Source: a virus. Taken from it: a stretch of DNA of 64,000 nucleotides. This document shows, one piece after another, positions 32,173 to 40,087 of this stretch. The notes under the pieces are model-generated. The model ran no database searches and had not been told where the DNA came from. It saw nothing but the letters and a program-made list of their open reading frames with translations. Where the stretch lies: the IMG/VR virus record IMGVR_UViG_3300008448_012223; one strand, written 5' to 3'. Both the position numbers and the translations under genes were made by a program. How positions within the stretch are numbered: the first letter of the stretch is position 1; every line of letters begins with the position of its first letter.

Positions 32173-32615
32173 AGTGTCACCTCGGTTTGTATTTCAGTTT
32201 CGATAAATTCATAAATATCAATCATAATTCGTGTTCCTTTTTTACGCCATAGATTTAATTCTCCATGTTTAGCAGTCCCACTTTTCTTGAATGAGATTTT
32301 ACTGTTTTTTCTATCATTTATCCATACAAAAAAACTTCCTTCCCAATCTAAATTAGAAATAGTAGATCGACCTTCTATGTAATTTCTAAAATCGCTAGGT
32401 GAACCGTCACTACTATAAAAGTTGTTACTATTGATACTTATATCTATTTGTATTCCATTTATAGAATTAAGAATAGGGCGATACCCGTAAATCATGTCTT
32501 GAGTTCTGCCTAAAGATGTAAATGACCACTTTAGCTCTGGGTAAGTTTTTTGGCAGAAATTGAATATTTTTTGGGCTGTTTCTTGTTTGTTCATTATATG
32601 AAGATCAGAATCCAT
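32169..32615 (-). CDS. AT-rich hypothetical protein
   Basis: 148-aa ORF, QKIFNFCQKTY motif, ATGA overlap with the next gene. Confidence 0.55.
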   Translation of the reverse strand: MDSDLHIMNKQETAQKIFNFCQKTYPELKWSFTSLGRTQDMIYGYRPILNSINGIQIDISINSNNFYSSDGSPSDFRNYIEGRSTISNLDWEGSFFVWINDRKNSKISFKKSGTAKHGELNLWRKKGTRIMIDIYEFIETEIQTEVTL

Positions 32616-32647
32616 CTTAAGCGAAGCTACACCTAAACGACTTTGTA

Positions 32648-32812
32648 TTATGCAAAAAATTCCAGTCTGTAATAAAACAGGGCAAGTCTGAAAGAATTAC
32701 AATCATAAAACTTGCGTATTAAGTTGTCTGTTCCAATGTAGGGTTCAGGCATAAACATAGAGGCCTTCAGCTTATTGTGCAGAGATCAATCACTACAATT
32801 AATAGTCTTCAT
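32648..32812 (-). pseudogene. Array unit 40, Trp codon changed to TGA, no acidic tail
   Basis: MKTINCSD*SLHNKLKAS...FYYRLEFFA*. Confidence 0.55.
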
Positions 32813-32930
32813 CGAAATAATTGTATAGCATTCTATAGTAAAATTGATCTATAAGAGTAATAAGTATAAAGGCCTTGACCTTATTGTTGAGAGTCCAGTC
32901 GAAAATCCAATAGTTAGAAATAGTCTTCAT
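32799..32930 (-). CDS. Array unit 39 (43 aa)
   Basis: MKTISNYW...FYYRMLYNYFDEDY*. Confidence 0.6.
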   Translation of the reverse strand: MKTISNYWIFDWTLNNKVKAFILITLIDQFYYRMLYNYFDEDY

Positions 32931-33088
32931 TCAAACAAACCCTTATGATTCAATCTAGAGTAAAACGAACCGACATGATTCCTACTCATTAAATAAGACC
33001 GGGTTACTAAATAACTTGCAGGCTCAATAAGCATAGAGGCCTTAAGCTTATTGTGTAGAGACCAATCATTAATCATAATCATCTTCAT
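32927..33088 (-). CDS. Array unit 38 (53 aa, ATGA-coupled)
   Basis: MKMIMINDWSLHNKLKAS...FYSRLNHKGLFE*. Confidence 0.6.
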   Translation of the reverse strand: MKMIMINDWSLHNKLKASMLIEPASYLVTRSYLMSRNHVGSFYSRLNHKGLFE

Positions 33089-33267
33089 TGAAACTATCTT
33101 CATTGAAATAACCGTCTTTATGTATAATGTTATACTTACTCATTCTCATCTAGAATGTGTTAGACAATACACTTACCAGTCTATAGTAAAACTGGTCGAC
33201 AGAGGTAATAAGTATAGAGGCCTTCAGCTTATTGTGCAGAATCCAAATATTACAATTTAGTCTTCAT
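33069..33267 (-). pseudogene. Array unit 37, two frameshifts
   Basis: MKTKL*; homologous body and tail are in other frames. Confidence 0.55.
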
Positions 33268-33439
33268 CGAAATAATTGTATAGCAGTCTATAGTAAAATT
33301 GATCTATAAAAGTAATAAGTATAGAGGCCTTGAGCTTATTGTCGAGAGTCCAGTGGTAAAGCAAACTCAATTTGAAATAATCATTATTACACAGAACCCA
33401 ATTATTATATAAAATCCAATAAGTAGAAATTCTCTTCAT
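33257..33439 (-). CDS. Array unit 36
   Basis: MKRIST...FYYRLLYNYFDED*. Confidence 0.6.
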   Translation of the reverse strand: MKRISTYWILYNNWVLCNNDYFKLSLLYHWTLDNKLKASILITFIDQFYYRLLYNYFDED

Positions 33440-33603
33440 AAAAACAAACTCTTATAATTCAATCTAGAGTAAAACGAACCGACATAATACCTGCCCATTA
33501 AATAAGACTCGGTTACTAAGTAATTTGCCCCAACGGAAAACTCAATAAGCATAGAGGCCTCAAGCTTATTGTGCAAAGACCAATAATCATTAATCATCTT
33601 CAT
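33436..33603 (-). CDS. Array unit 35 (55 aa, ATGA-coupled)
   Basis: MKMINDYWSLHNKLEAS...FYSRLNYKSLFL*. Confidence 0.6.
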   Translation of the reverse strand: MKMINDYWSLHNKLEASMLIEFSVGANYLVTESYLMGRYYVGSFYSRLNYKSLFL

Positions 33604-33868
33604 CTAAATAACCGTCCTCATATTCATCGAATTGCCCATCCTCAAGATAATAATCGCCCTCATCTAGAATATCATCCTTATCTAGGATGTTTTCTAACAT
33701 ATTTACCAGTCTACAGTAAAACCGGAAGATAGAGCCGCAACACTCGCTTAGTTTAGGAGTATAAATCTCGAGACCCATCTCTTCATAATAATGAAACAAG
33801 CGCAAGGCATTGAGATAATCATTATTCAAAATCCAAGGTAACAGACAATCGTTAGAAATATTCTTCAT
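33590..33868 (-). CDS. Array unit 34 (expanded acidic tail)
   Basis: MKNISND...DKDDILDEGDYYLEDGQFDEYEDGYLDEDD*. Confidence 0.65.
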   Translation of the reverse strand: MKNISNDCLLPWILNNDYLNALRLFHYYEEMGLEIYTPKLSECCGSIFRFYCRLVNMLENILDKDDILDEGDYYLEDGQFDEYEDGYLDEDD

Positions 33869-34046
33869 TGAAGTAATCGCTCTCATCTAGAGCGTTATAT
33901 AATCTAGAGTAAAACAAACCGATGTAGTACCTGCTTATTAAATAAAACCTAGGCACTAAGCCGGTTGCCCTAGCGAAAGGCTTAATAAGCATAGAGGCTC
34001 TAAGGTTATTGTGTAGAGTCCACTCGTCACATATAATAGTCTTCAT
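33852..34046 (-). CDS. Array unit 33
   Basis: MKTIIC...DESDYFNEEYF*. Confidence 0.65.
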   Translation of the reverse strand: MKTIICDEWTLHNNLRASMLIKPFARATGLVPRFYLISRYYIGLFYSRLYNALDESDYFNEEYF

Positions 34047-34251
34047 AAAAACATACTCCTAGCCAGTTACCCAATCTGAAGTAAAACAAAGATGTCGAAG
34101 CAGACACCCAAAAAATACTGTAATGCATAGCAAGGTTAAAATAATTATGATTATAATACTTTCTTACATTTATATCAGTGGAAGGCTCTCTACTAGATAT
34201 AGATGCCATAAGCTTATTATTAAGCATAGGCCAATAATCAATCATCTTCAT
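34027..34251 (-). CDS. Array unit 32
   Basis: MKMIDYW...FYEDYYM*. Confidence 0.6.
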   Translation of the reverse strand: MKMIDYWPMLNNKLMASISSREPSTDINVRKYYNHNYFNLAMHYSIFWVSASTSLFYFRLGNWLGVCFYEDYYM

Positions 34252-34459
34252 CGAAATAACCACCCTCATCTAGAACGTTATATAACATATTTGCCAGTCT
34301 ATGATAAAACCTGGCGGGCCCTCTATATACAATAAAGATGAAGCTATAGTATAAACTTTCACCATTTGCTAATTTTAGCTTGTCAGTAATAGTAAGTACA
34401 CCCCCTTTATTGCTATGAATATAATGACAAAACAGGTTGTTACAATTAACCATCTTCAT
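34238..34459 (-). CDS. Array unit 31
   Basis: MKMVNC...DEGGYFDEDD*. Confidence 0.65.
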   Translation of the reverse strand: MKMVNCNNLFCHYIHSNKGGVLTITDKLKLANGESLYYSFIFIVYRGPARFYHRLANMLYNVLDEGGYFDEDD

Positions 34460-34658
34460 TGAAGTAGTCATCCTCATTTAGAATATCATTATCATCTAGA
34501 GCGTTATATATAAAAGCCACTAGTCTATAGTAAAACTCGCCGGTAGGGTTAATATGTGTGTGGCCCTTCAACTTATCACACACATTCCAGTAGTAAAATA
34601 AGGTAATGTCATACAAACAATCGTTAGAAATATTCTTTATTGAAGTAATCACTCTCAT
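34446..34658 (-). CDS. Array unit 30 (upstream ATG available; usual ATG mutated to ATA)
   Basis: MRVITSIKNISND...EDDYFNEDG*. Confidence 0.6.
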   Translation of the reverse strand: MRVITSIKNISNDCLYDITLFYYWNVCDKLKGHTHINPTGEFYYRLVAFIYNALDDNDILNEDDYFNEDG

Positions 34659-34812
34659 CTAGAGCGTTATATATAAAAACCACTAGTCTATAGTAAAACA
34701 AGTTGATAGCGTTAATAGGTATAGAGGCTTTATGCTTATTATACACATTCCAATTGTACAGAATCAAGTTATAAAACAAAGCAAGCCCGAGATCATTATC
34801 AATCATCTTCAT
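34624..34812 (-). CDS. Array unit 29
   Basis: MKMIDND...DESDYFNKEYF*. Confidence 0.65.
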   Translation of the reverse strand: MKMIDNDLGLALFYNLILYNWNVYNKHKASIPINAINLFYYRLVVFIYNALDESDYFNKEYF

Positions 34813-34972
34813 AGAGTGTATACTTATATAGAATATTGTATATCACAGCTGTTAGTTTATAGTAAAACCAGTCGATAGAGCACCTGCTAAATTTAGGAAT
34901 ATGAGTCTCGATGGTCACATCCTCATAATAATAAAACAAGTAATTAAGCCTGTTACAACTAATCCATCTCAT
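34799..34972 (-). CDS. Array unit 28
   Basis: MRWISC...LYEDD*. Confidence 0.65.
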   Translation of the reverse strand: MRWISCNRLNYLFYYYEDVTIETHIPKFSRCSIDWFYYKLTAVIYNILYKYTLYEDD

Positions 34973-35198
34973 TGAAATAACCGTCCTCATCTAGAATGCT
35001 ATATAACACATCTTCTAATCTATGATGAAACAGATTGATAGAACCATGGAACCTGTCTAATTCAGGTATATAAGTTATAAGCCACATACCCTCATAACAT
35101 ATTAATAATCCGTGATGGTCAGCTGGCAGATCAGTAATAGATATAGGTATATTCAACTTATTACGTGGGGCTCAATTGTTACAATTAATTATCTTCAT
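34959..35198 (-). pseudogene. Array unit 27, Trp codon changed to TGA
   Basis: MKIINCNN*APRNKLNIP... stays in frame to ...DEDGYFNEMD*. Confidence 0.6.
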
Positions 35199-35352
35199 CG
35201 AAATAACCGTTCTCATCTAGAATGTTATATAACTCATCTCCTATATAAAACAGGTTGATAGAACCATGGTACCTGAATTAGTCAGGTACAGGAGTTGTAA
35301 AGACACATACCCTCATACAATAAAACAGGGCGTCACAATTAACCATCTTCAT
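35185..35352 (-). pseudogene. Array unit 26, internal TAA
   Basis: MKMVNCDAL...VPD* then in-frame ...YNILDENGYFDEDN*. Confidence 0.6.
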
Positions 35353-35512
35353 TGAAATAATCATCCTCATCTAGAATGTTATATAACTCATCTCCTAATC
35401 TATGATAAAACAGGTTGATAGAACCATGGAACCTGTCTAATTCAGGTATATAAGTTATAAGCCATATACCCTCATGACAATAAAACGGGGCGTCACAATT
35501 AATCACCTTCAT
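35339..35512 (-). CDS. Array unit 25
   Basis: MKVINC...LDEDDYFNEDG*. Confidence 0.65.
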   Translation of the reverse strand: MKVINCDAPFYCHEGIWLITYIPELDRFHGSINLFYHRLGDELYNILDEDDYFNEDG

Positions 35513-35714
35513 CGAAATAATCGTCCTCATCTAGAATGCTATATAAATGTTCTAATCTATGATAAAACAGGTTGATAGAGCCAGAGAACTTACTTAATTC
35601 AAGAGTATAGGTATCGAGATCCATGTTCTCATAATAAAACAAGGCAATATAATAATCGAGCTTAACTAATAAGTCACTTATCTGAATGTGCTCGTCACAG
35701 TTAATCACTCTCAT
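35499..35714 (-). CDS. Array unit 24
   Basis: MRVINC...LDEDDYFDEGD*. Confidence 0.65.
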   Translation of the reverse strand: MRVINCDEHIQISDLLVKLDYYIALFYYENMDLDTYTLELSKFSGSINLFYHRLEHLYSILDEDDYFDEGD

Positions 35715-35904
35715 TGAAGTAATCGTCCTCTCTATTAAGAAAGCTATATATTACAAGTTCTACTAATCTATAATAAAAAAGTCTTCCAGGACTATAAGCA
35801 AAATACAATTTGATTAATAATTTACGTAGGTCAACGGGCAGATCAGTAATAGGTATATTCAAGTTATTACGCGGAGCCCAGTCATTACAATTAATCATCT
35901 TCAT
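35701..35904 (-). CDS. Array unit 23
   Basis: MKMINC...EDDYFNESD*. Confidence 0.65.
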   Translation of the reverse strand: MKMINCNDWAPRNNLNIPITDLPVDLRKLLIKLYFAYSPGRLFYYRLVELVIYSFLNREDDYFNESD

Positions 35905-36148
35905 CGAAATAATCCCCCTCCCCTAGAAAGTCATATAACAAACATGCTAGTTTATAATAAAACAAGTCGATAGGAACATGTAACTTGTCCAATTCAGGGA
36001 TATAGGCCCCGAGACCCATGCTTTCATGGTAGTAACGATAGAACCATAGATAGTATAGATTATCACCATTTGGTAAAATCGGCGGGTCAATATATATATT
36101 CAGTTTACTACTATGAGGCGCCCAATCGTTACAATTAATCATCTTCAT
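35891..36148 (-). CDS. Array unit 22
   Basis: MKMINC...GDYFDEDD*. Confidence 0.65.
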   Translation of the reverse strand: MKMINCNDWAPHSSKLNIYIDPPILPNGDNLYYLWFYRYYHESMGLGAYIPELDKLHVPIDLFYYKLACLLYDFLGEGDYFDEDD

Positions 36149-36323
36149 AGAAATAATGGTAGGTTATAGTAGGCTCAGATAGGTTATGGTAAACCCAAGC
36201 GACTCCTCTGACATAAAAGTTATCGTATAAACTATTATGGTTTGCTATCAACGGGTTAGTAATAGGTGTAGATACACCTAACGTATTACGTGGGGCCCAG
36301 TCATTACAGTTAATTATCTTCAT
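36135..36323 (-). CDS. Array unit 21
   Basis: MKIINC...YFYEDD*. Confidence 0.65.
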   Translation of the reverse strand: MKIINCNDWAPRNTLGVSTPITNPLIANHNSLYDNFYVRGVAWVYHNLSEPTITYHYFYEDD

Positions 36324-36327
36324 ATAA

Positions 36328-36528
36328 TTAATTGTCCTCATCTAGAATGTTATACAACACTACTCCCGCTAGTCTATGGTAAAACCTGGCGGGCCCCCCA
36401 GCGTTATAAGTATGAAAGTTATAGTTATAGAAACTGTAGTATAAACTATCACTGTCTACTAAAATCGACGGGTCAGTAATATATTTATTCAGTTTACTAC
36501 GTGAAGGCCAACCGTTAATCATATTCAT
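36328..36528 (-). CDS. Array unit 20
   Basis: MNMINGW...YNILDEDN*. Confidence 0.65.
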   Translation of the reverse strand: MNMINGWPSRSKLNKYITDPSILVDSDSLYYSFYNYNFHTYNAGGPARFYHRLAGVVLYNILDEDN

Positions 36529-36703
36529 AAAAATATAACAATCTATGGTAAAACCAAGCAGGCCCTCCACCATGATAAAGATAGAAGTTATAGAATAACT
36601 TATTATTATCTGCTATTGGAAGAACAATAGTAGGTACAGGTGCATTCATACGGAGCCCATTTAAATTACGCGGAGTCCAACCATTACAATCAATCTTCTT
36701 CAT
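36515..36703 (-). CDS. Array unit 19
   Basis: MKKIDC...FYHRL..FYEYD*. Confidence 0.65.
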   Translation of the reverse strand: MKKIDCNGWTPRNLNGLRMNAPVPTIVLPIADNNKLFYNFYLYHGGGPAWFYHRLLYFYEYD

Positions 36704-36707
36704 ATAA

Positions 36708-36902
36708 TTAATTGTCCTCATCTAGAATGTTATATGATGCTACTCTTTCCAGTATATAATAAAACAGCACCCCATCATAAAAGCTATAGTATAAATTATC
36801 AACGCTCGCTAGAGGCGGATTAGTAATAGGTATGTATGAAGTCCACGCATGCGGGTCTCTTCTATTACGAGGAGCCCAATTGTCAGAATTAATCTTCTTC
36901 AT
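36708..36902 (-). CDS. Array unit 18
   Basis: MKKINSD...YNILDEDN*. Confidence 0.65.
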   Translation of the reverse strand: MKKINSDNWAPRNRRDPHAWTSYIPITNPPLASVDNLYYSFYDGVLFYYILERVASYNILDEDN

Positions 36903-37090
36903 AGAAATAATGGTAGGGCCACTATAGTATAAAACATAGCAAGCCCCCCATCATCATTATAAAGATAAAAGCTATAGTATAAATTATCAACGCTCACTAG
37001 AGGTGGATTAGTGATAGTGAGTACGTATGGAGCCACATGCGGGTCTCTTCTATTACGAGGAACCCAATTGTCAGAATTAATCTTCTTCAT
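36899..37090 (-). CDS. Array unit 17, altered tail, ATGA-coupled
   Basis: MKKINSD...LPLFL*. Confidence 0.55.
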   Translation of the reverse strand: MKKINSDNWVPRNRRDPHVAPYVLTITNPPLVSVDNLYYSFYLYNDDGGLAMFYTIVALPLFL

Positions 37091-37286
37091 CGAAATAATC
37101 ATTCTCATATAGAACGTTATATAATACTATCCCCGACAGTCTATAGTAAAGTATAGCAAGTCCTCCAGAATTATAAAGATAGAAGCTATAGTATAAATTA
37201 TTGATATTTGCTACTGGCGGGGCAGTGATAGGTACAGGTACATTCCACTCATACGGGGCCCAGCAATTTGGATTAATTGTTTTCAT
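37077..37286 (-). CDS. Array unit 16
   Basis: MKTINPNC...ENDYFDEED*. Confidence 0.65.
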   Translation of the reverse strand: MKTINPNCWAPYEWNVPVPITAPPVANINNLYYSFYLYNSGGLAILYYRLSGIVLYNVLYENDYFDEED

Positions 37287-37325
37287 AGAGATAGTTATCC
37301 TGACCTAAAATATCAATATACCAGT

Positions 37326-37517
37326 CTATGTTAAAGCGCGCTGATAAGAGCGCAGTTTATAGGCCAGTCTATAGTAAAATTGGAAGATAGAGCCACAGCA
37401 CTTGTTTAATTCAGGAGTATAAATCTCGAGACCCAGCTCTTCATAATAATAAAACAAGTACAAAGCATTGAAATAATCATTATTCAAAATCCAATTGTTA
37501 CAACTAATCGCTCTCAT
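37326..37517 (-). CDS. Array unit 15, tail frameshifted
   Basis: ...YQRALT*; DWYIDILGQDNYLYENN is out of frame. Confidence 0.55.
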   Translation of the reverse strand: MRAISCNNWILNNDYFNALYLFYYYEELGLEIYTPELNKCCGSIFQFYYRLAYKLRSYQRALT

Positions 37518-37677
37518 CGAAATAATCATCCTCATATAGAATATCGTATATCACAGTTCTTAGTCTATAGTAAAACCCGCCGGTAGAGATAATAAGTATA
37601 CGGGCCTTTAGCTTATTCTTGATAGTCCAGTTGTAAAACAAAGCAAGTTTGAAAACATTACAATTAATCATCTTCAT
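37504..37677 (-). CDS. Array unit 14 (57 aa, below track cutoff)
   Basis: MKMINCNVFKLAL...FYYRL...YEDDYFDESD*. Confidence 0.65.
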   Translation of the reverse strand: MKMINCNVFKLALFYNWTIKNKLKARILIISTGGFYYRLRTVIYDILYEDDYFDESD

Positions 37678-37825
37678 AGAATATATATTTATCTACTATG
37701 TGTATATACAGTCTATAGTAAAATCGGTCGACAGCATAAAACCTTAATTCAGGAGTATAGGTGAAACCCGCACGCTCACAATAATAAAAAAAGTAATTAA
37801 GCTTGTTACAACTAATCGCTCTCAT
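37664..37825 (-). pseudogene. Array unit 13, frameshifted
   Basis: MRAISC...TPELR then out of frame; FYYRL and tail are in another frame. Confidence 0.6.
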
Positions 37826-38039
37826 TGAAGTAATTGCCCCCCAAGCTTAAGGCCTCATTCAGAAAGCCATATATCACAAATTCTCCCAGTCTATAATAAA
37901 ACCAGGCGAGTCTCCCAGGACTATAAGCAAAATACAATTTGCTTAATAATACCTGTAGGTCAACAGGCGGGTCAGTAATAGGTATAGGTATATTCAACTG
38001 ATTACACGGGGCCCAATTATTACAACTAATCATCTTCAT
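37812..38039 (-). CDS. Array unit 12
   Basis: MKMISC...NYFNESD*. Confidence 0.65.
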   Translation of the reverse strand: MKMISCNNWAPCNQLNIPIPITDPPVDLQVLLSKLYFAYSPGRLAWFYYRLGEFVIYGFLNEALSLGGNYFNESD

Positions 38040-38202
38040 CGAAATAATCATCCCCATATAGAATGTCGTATATCACAGCTGTTAGTTTATAGTGAAGCCG
38101 GTCGATAGAGCACCTGCTAAATTCAGGAATATGACTCTCGATGGTCACATCCTCATAATAAAAAAACAAGTACTTAAGCTTATTACAACTAATCGCTCTC
38201 AT
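38026..38202 (-). CDS. Array unit 11
   Basis: MRAISC...DDYFDEDD*. Confidence 0.65.
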   Translation of the reverse strand: MRAISCNKLKYLFFYYEDVTIESHIPEFSRCSIDRLHYKLTAVIYDILYGDDYFDEDD

Positions 38203-38210
38203 TGAAGTAA

Positions 38211-38393
38211 TCACCCCCTATTCAGAAAGCCGTATATCCCAAATTCTTCCATTCTATAATAAAACCAGGCGACTTCTCGACTATAAGCAAAATACACCTG
38301 TAGGTCAACAGGCGGGTCAGTAATAGGTATAGATATCATAGGTAGATTTAACTTATGACGTGGGGTCCAATTGTTACAATTAATTATCTTCAT
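38211..38393 (-). CDS. Array unit 10, tail truncated by +1 in a G5 run
   Basis: ...FLNRG*; DYFNESD is out of frame. Confidence 0.55.
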   Translation of the reverse strand: MKIINCNNWTPRHKLNLPMISIPITDPPVDLQVYFAYSREVAWFYYRMEEFGIYGFLNRG

Positions 38394-38562
38394 CGAAATA
38401 ATCGTCCTCATCTAGAGTGTTATAATAAAACACGCTTACCAGTCTATAATAAAACCGGTCGATAGTTACAAGACCTGTGTTATCGTAATAATAAGTTCTA
38501 ATAGGCCTAGGTATATTCAACTTATTACGTGGGGCCCATTTGTCACTATCATCTATCTTCAT
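38380..38562 (-). CDS. Array unit 9
   Basis: MKIDDS...LDEDDYFDEDN*. Confidence 0.65.
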   Translation of the reverse strand: MKIDDSDKWAPRNKLNIPRPIRTYYYDNTGLVTIDRFYYRLVSVFYYNTLDEDDYFDEDN

Positions 38563-38785
38563 AGAAATTGTCCTTAGCTAACAATGTCAGTCTATAATAA
38601 AACAACTTGATAGAAGCATAAAACTTATTTAATTCAGGTAGATAGACCCAGAGACCCACACTCATACTTTCGTAGTGGTAATGATAAAAGCTATAGTATA
38701 AACTACCACTGTTTGCTAAAACCGGCGGATCAGCAGCAGGTATATTCAACTTATTAAGTGAAGGCCAGTCGTTAATAATCTTCAT
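38549..38785 (-). CDS. Array unit 8
   Basis: MKIINDW...FYYRL...DNFYEDR*. Confidence 0.65.
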   Translation of the reverse strand: MKIINDWPSLNKLNIPAADPPVLANSGSLYYSFYHYHYESMSVGLWVYLPELNKFYASIKLFYYRLTLLAKDNFYEDR

Positions 38786-38989
38786 AGAAATAATTCCCCT
38801 CCTCTAGAAAGTCATATAACAAAAAATACTACCCCACGACAGACTATAGTAAAATATAGCAAGTCCTTTAGAATTATAAAGATAGAAGCTATAGTATAAA
38901 TTATTGATATTTGCTACTGGCGGAGCGGTGATAAATACAGGTAAACCCCATTTATACAGAGCCCAGCAATTTGGATTAATTATTTTCAT
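38772..38989 (-). pseudogene. Array unit 7, frameshifted near a T6 run
   Basis: Stops at 38804; acidic tail LEEGNYFYEDY is in another frame. Confidence 0.6.
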
Positions 38990-39254
38990 TGAGATAGTTA
39001 TCCTCACCTAAAATATCAATGTACCAGTCTATGTTAGAGCGCTGATAAAGCAGCAATTTACAATAAAACCAGTCGACAGAAACATATAACCTGTCTAATT
39101 CAAGAGTATAGGCCCCAATTATACTTTCATAGAACCATGTATAATATAAATTATCGCCGTTTGCTAGAATCGCTGGGTCAGTAATAGATTTAGATATAGA
39201 CATATCTGGACCCCAATTACTACTAAGCCAACCGTTACAATTAATAATCTTCAT
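38976..39254 (-). CDS. Array unit 6
   Basis: MKIINC...GEDNYLNENN*. Confidence 0.65.
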   Translation of the reverse strand: MKIINCNGWLSSNWGPDMSISKSITDPAILANGDNLYYTWFYESIIGAYTLELDRLYVSVDWFYCKLLLYQRSNIDWYIDILGEDNYLNENN

Positions 39255-39447
39255 AGAGATAATCATCCTCATCTAATGATAGTTTACGGTAAAACCAAGC
39301 AAGCCCTTGATTATTATAAGTATGAAACTTATAGTATAAACTATAACCATCTGTTATTAGAGGATCAGTAATAGGTATAAGTTCACCCCAATATGGAGCC
39401 CATCTAGTATTGCGAAGAGCCCAACCATTATAATTAATCATCTTCAT
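39241..39447 (-). CDS. Array unit 5
   Basis: MKMINY...DEDDYLYEDY*. Confidence 0.65.
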   Translation of the reverse strand: MKMINYNGWALRNTRWAPYWGELIPITDPLITDGYSLYYKFHTYNNQGLAWFYRKLSLDEDDYLYEDY

Positions 39448-39652
39448 AGAAGTAATTGTCCTCATCTAGAATGTTATATACATTTCCTGCTAGTCTATCG
39501 TAAAACTTGGCGGGCCCCCCAGCATTATAAACGTAGAAGCTATAATATAAAATATCACTGTTTGTTAAAATTGGCAGGTTAGTAATAGGTATAGGTGCGT
39601 CCCATAAATAATGATTATGGGGTGCCCAACCATTACAATTAATCTTCTTCAT
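39434..39652 (-). CDS. Array unit 4
   Basis: MKKINC...NILDEDNYFYEDD*. Confidence 0.65.
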   Translation of the reverse strand: MKKINCNGWAPHNHYLWDAPIPITNLPILTNSDILYYSFYVYNAGGPAKFYDRLAGNVYNILDEDNYFYEDD

Positions 39653-39845
39653 AGAGATAATCATTCTCATCTGGCGATAGTTTACGATAAAACCAAGCAA
39701 GCCCTTCATTATTATAAGTATGAAACTTATAGTATAAACTATAACCACTTGTTATCAGAGGATTAGTAATAGGTACAAGTTCACCCCAATATGGAGCCCA
39801 TCTAGTATTACGAGGAGCCCAACCATTAGAATTAATAACCTTCAT
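39639..39845 (-). CDS. Array unit 3
   Basis: MKVINS...DYLYEED*; 14-nt overlap. Confidence 0.65.
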   Translation of the reverse strand: MKVINSNGWAPRNTRWAPYWGELVPITNPLITSGYSLYYKFHTYNNEGLAWFYRKLSPDENDYLYEED

Positions 39846-40068
39846 AGAAATAGTCACCCTCATATAGAATATTATATACATTTCCTGCCAGTCTATCGTA
39901 AAACTTGGAGGGCCCCCCAACATTATAACCGTAGAAGCTATAGTATACAGTATCACCGTTTGCTAAAATTGGCGGGTTAGTAATAGGTATAGGCGCGTCC
40001 CATTCATAATACGGCGCCCCATAATCGTTATGGGGCGCCCAATAGTTTGGATTAATCTTTTTCAACAA
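39832..40068 (-). CDS. Array unit 2
   Basis: TTG start with AAGGA; ...FYDRL...YFYEGY*. Confidence 0.65.
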   Translation of the reverse strand: MLKKINPNYWAPHNDYGAPYYEWDAPIPITNPPILANGDTVYYSFYGYNVGGPSKFYDRLAGNVYNILYEGDYFYEGY

Positions 40069-40087
40069 ATGTTTCCTTTTGGTACTA

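Noticed and set aside
33051-34335. + strand ORFs 33051-33260 and 34123-34335
   Set aside because: Antisense shadows of the repeat units, with no RBS or family signal.
32786-35175. TGA recoded as Trp (alternative genetic code)
   Set aside because: Only two array units show it, and TGA is used as a normal stop in many ATGA overlaps (for example 32169, 41547, 47464).
34984-35475. DGR variable repeats (adenine-specific mutagenesis)
   Set aside because: The residue bias (Y/N/D/F) is suggestive, but in the pair checked 5 of 6 differences are transitions, including coding-strand C/T changes, and indels are common. No RT or TR is in the window. A genome-wide RT search would settle it.
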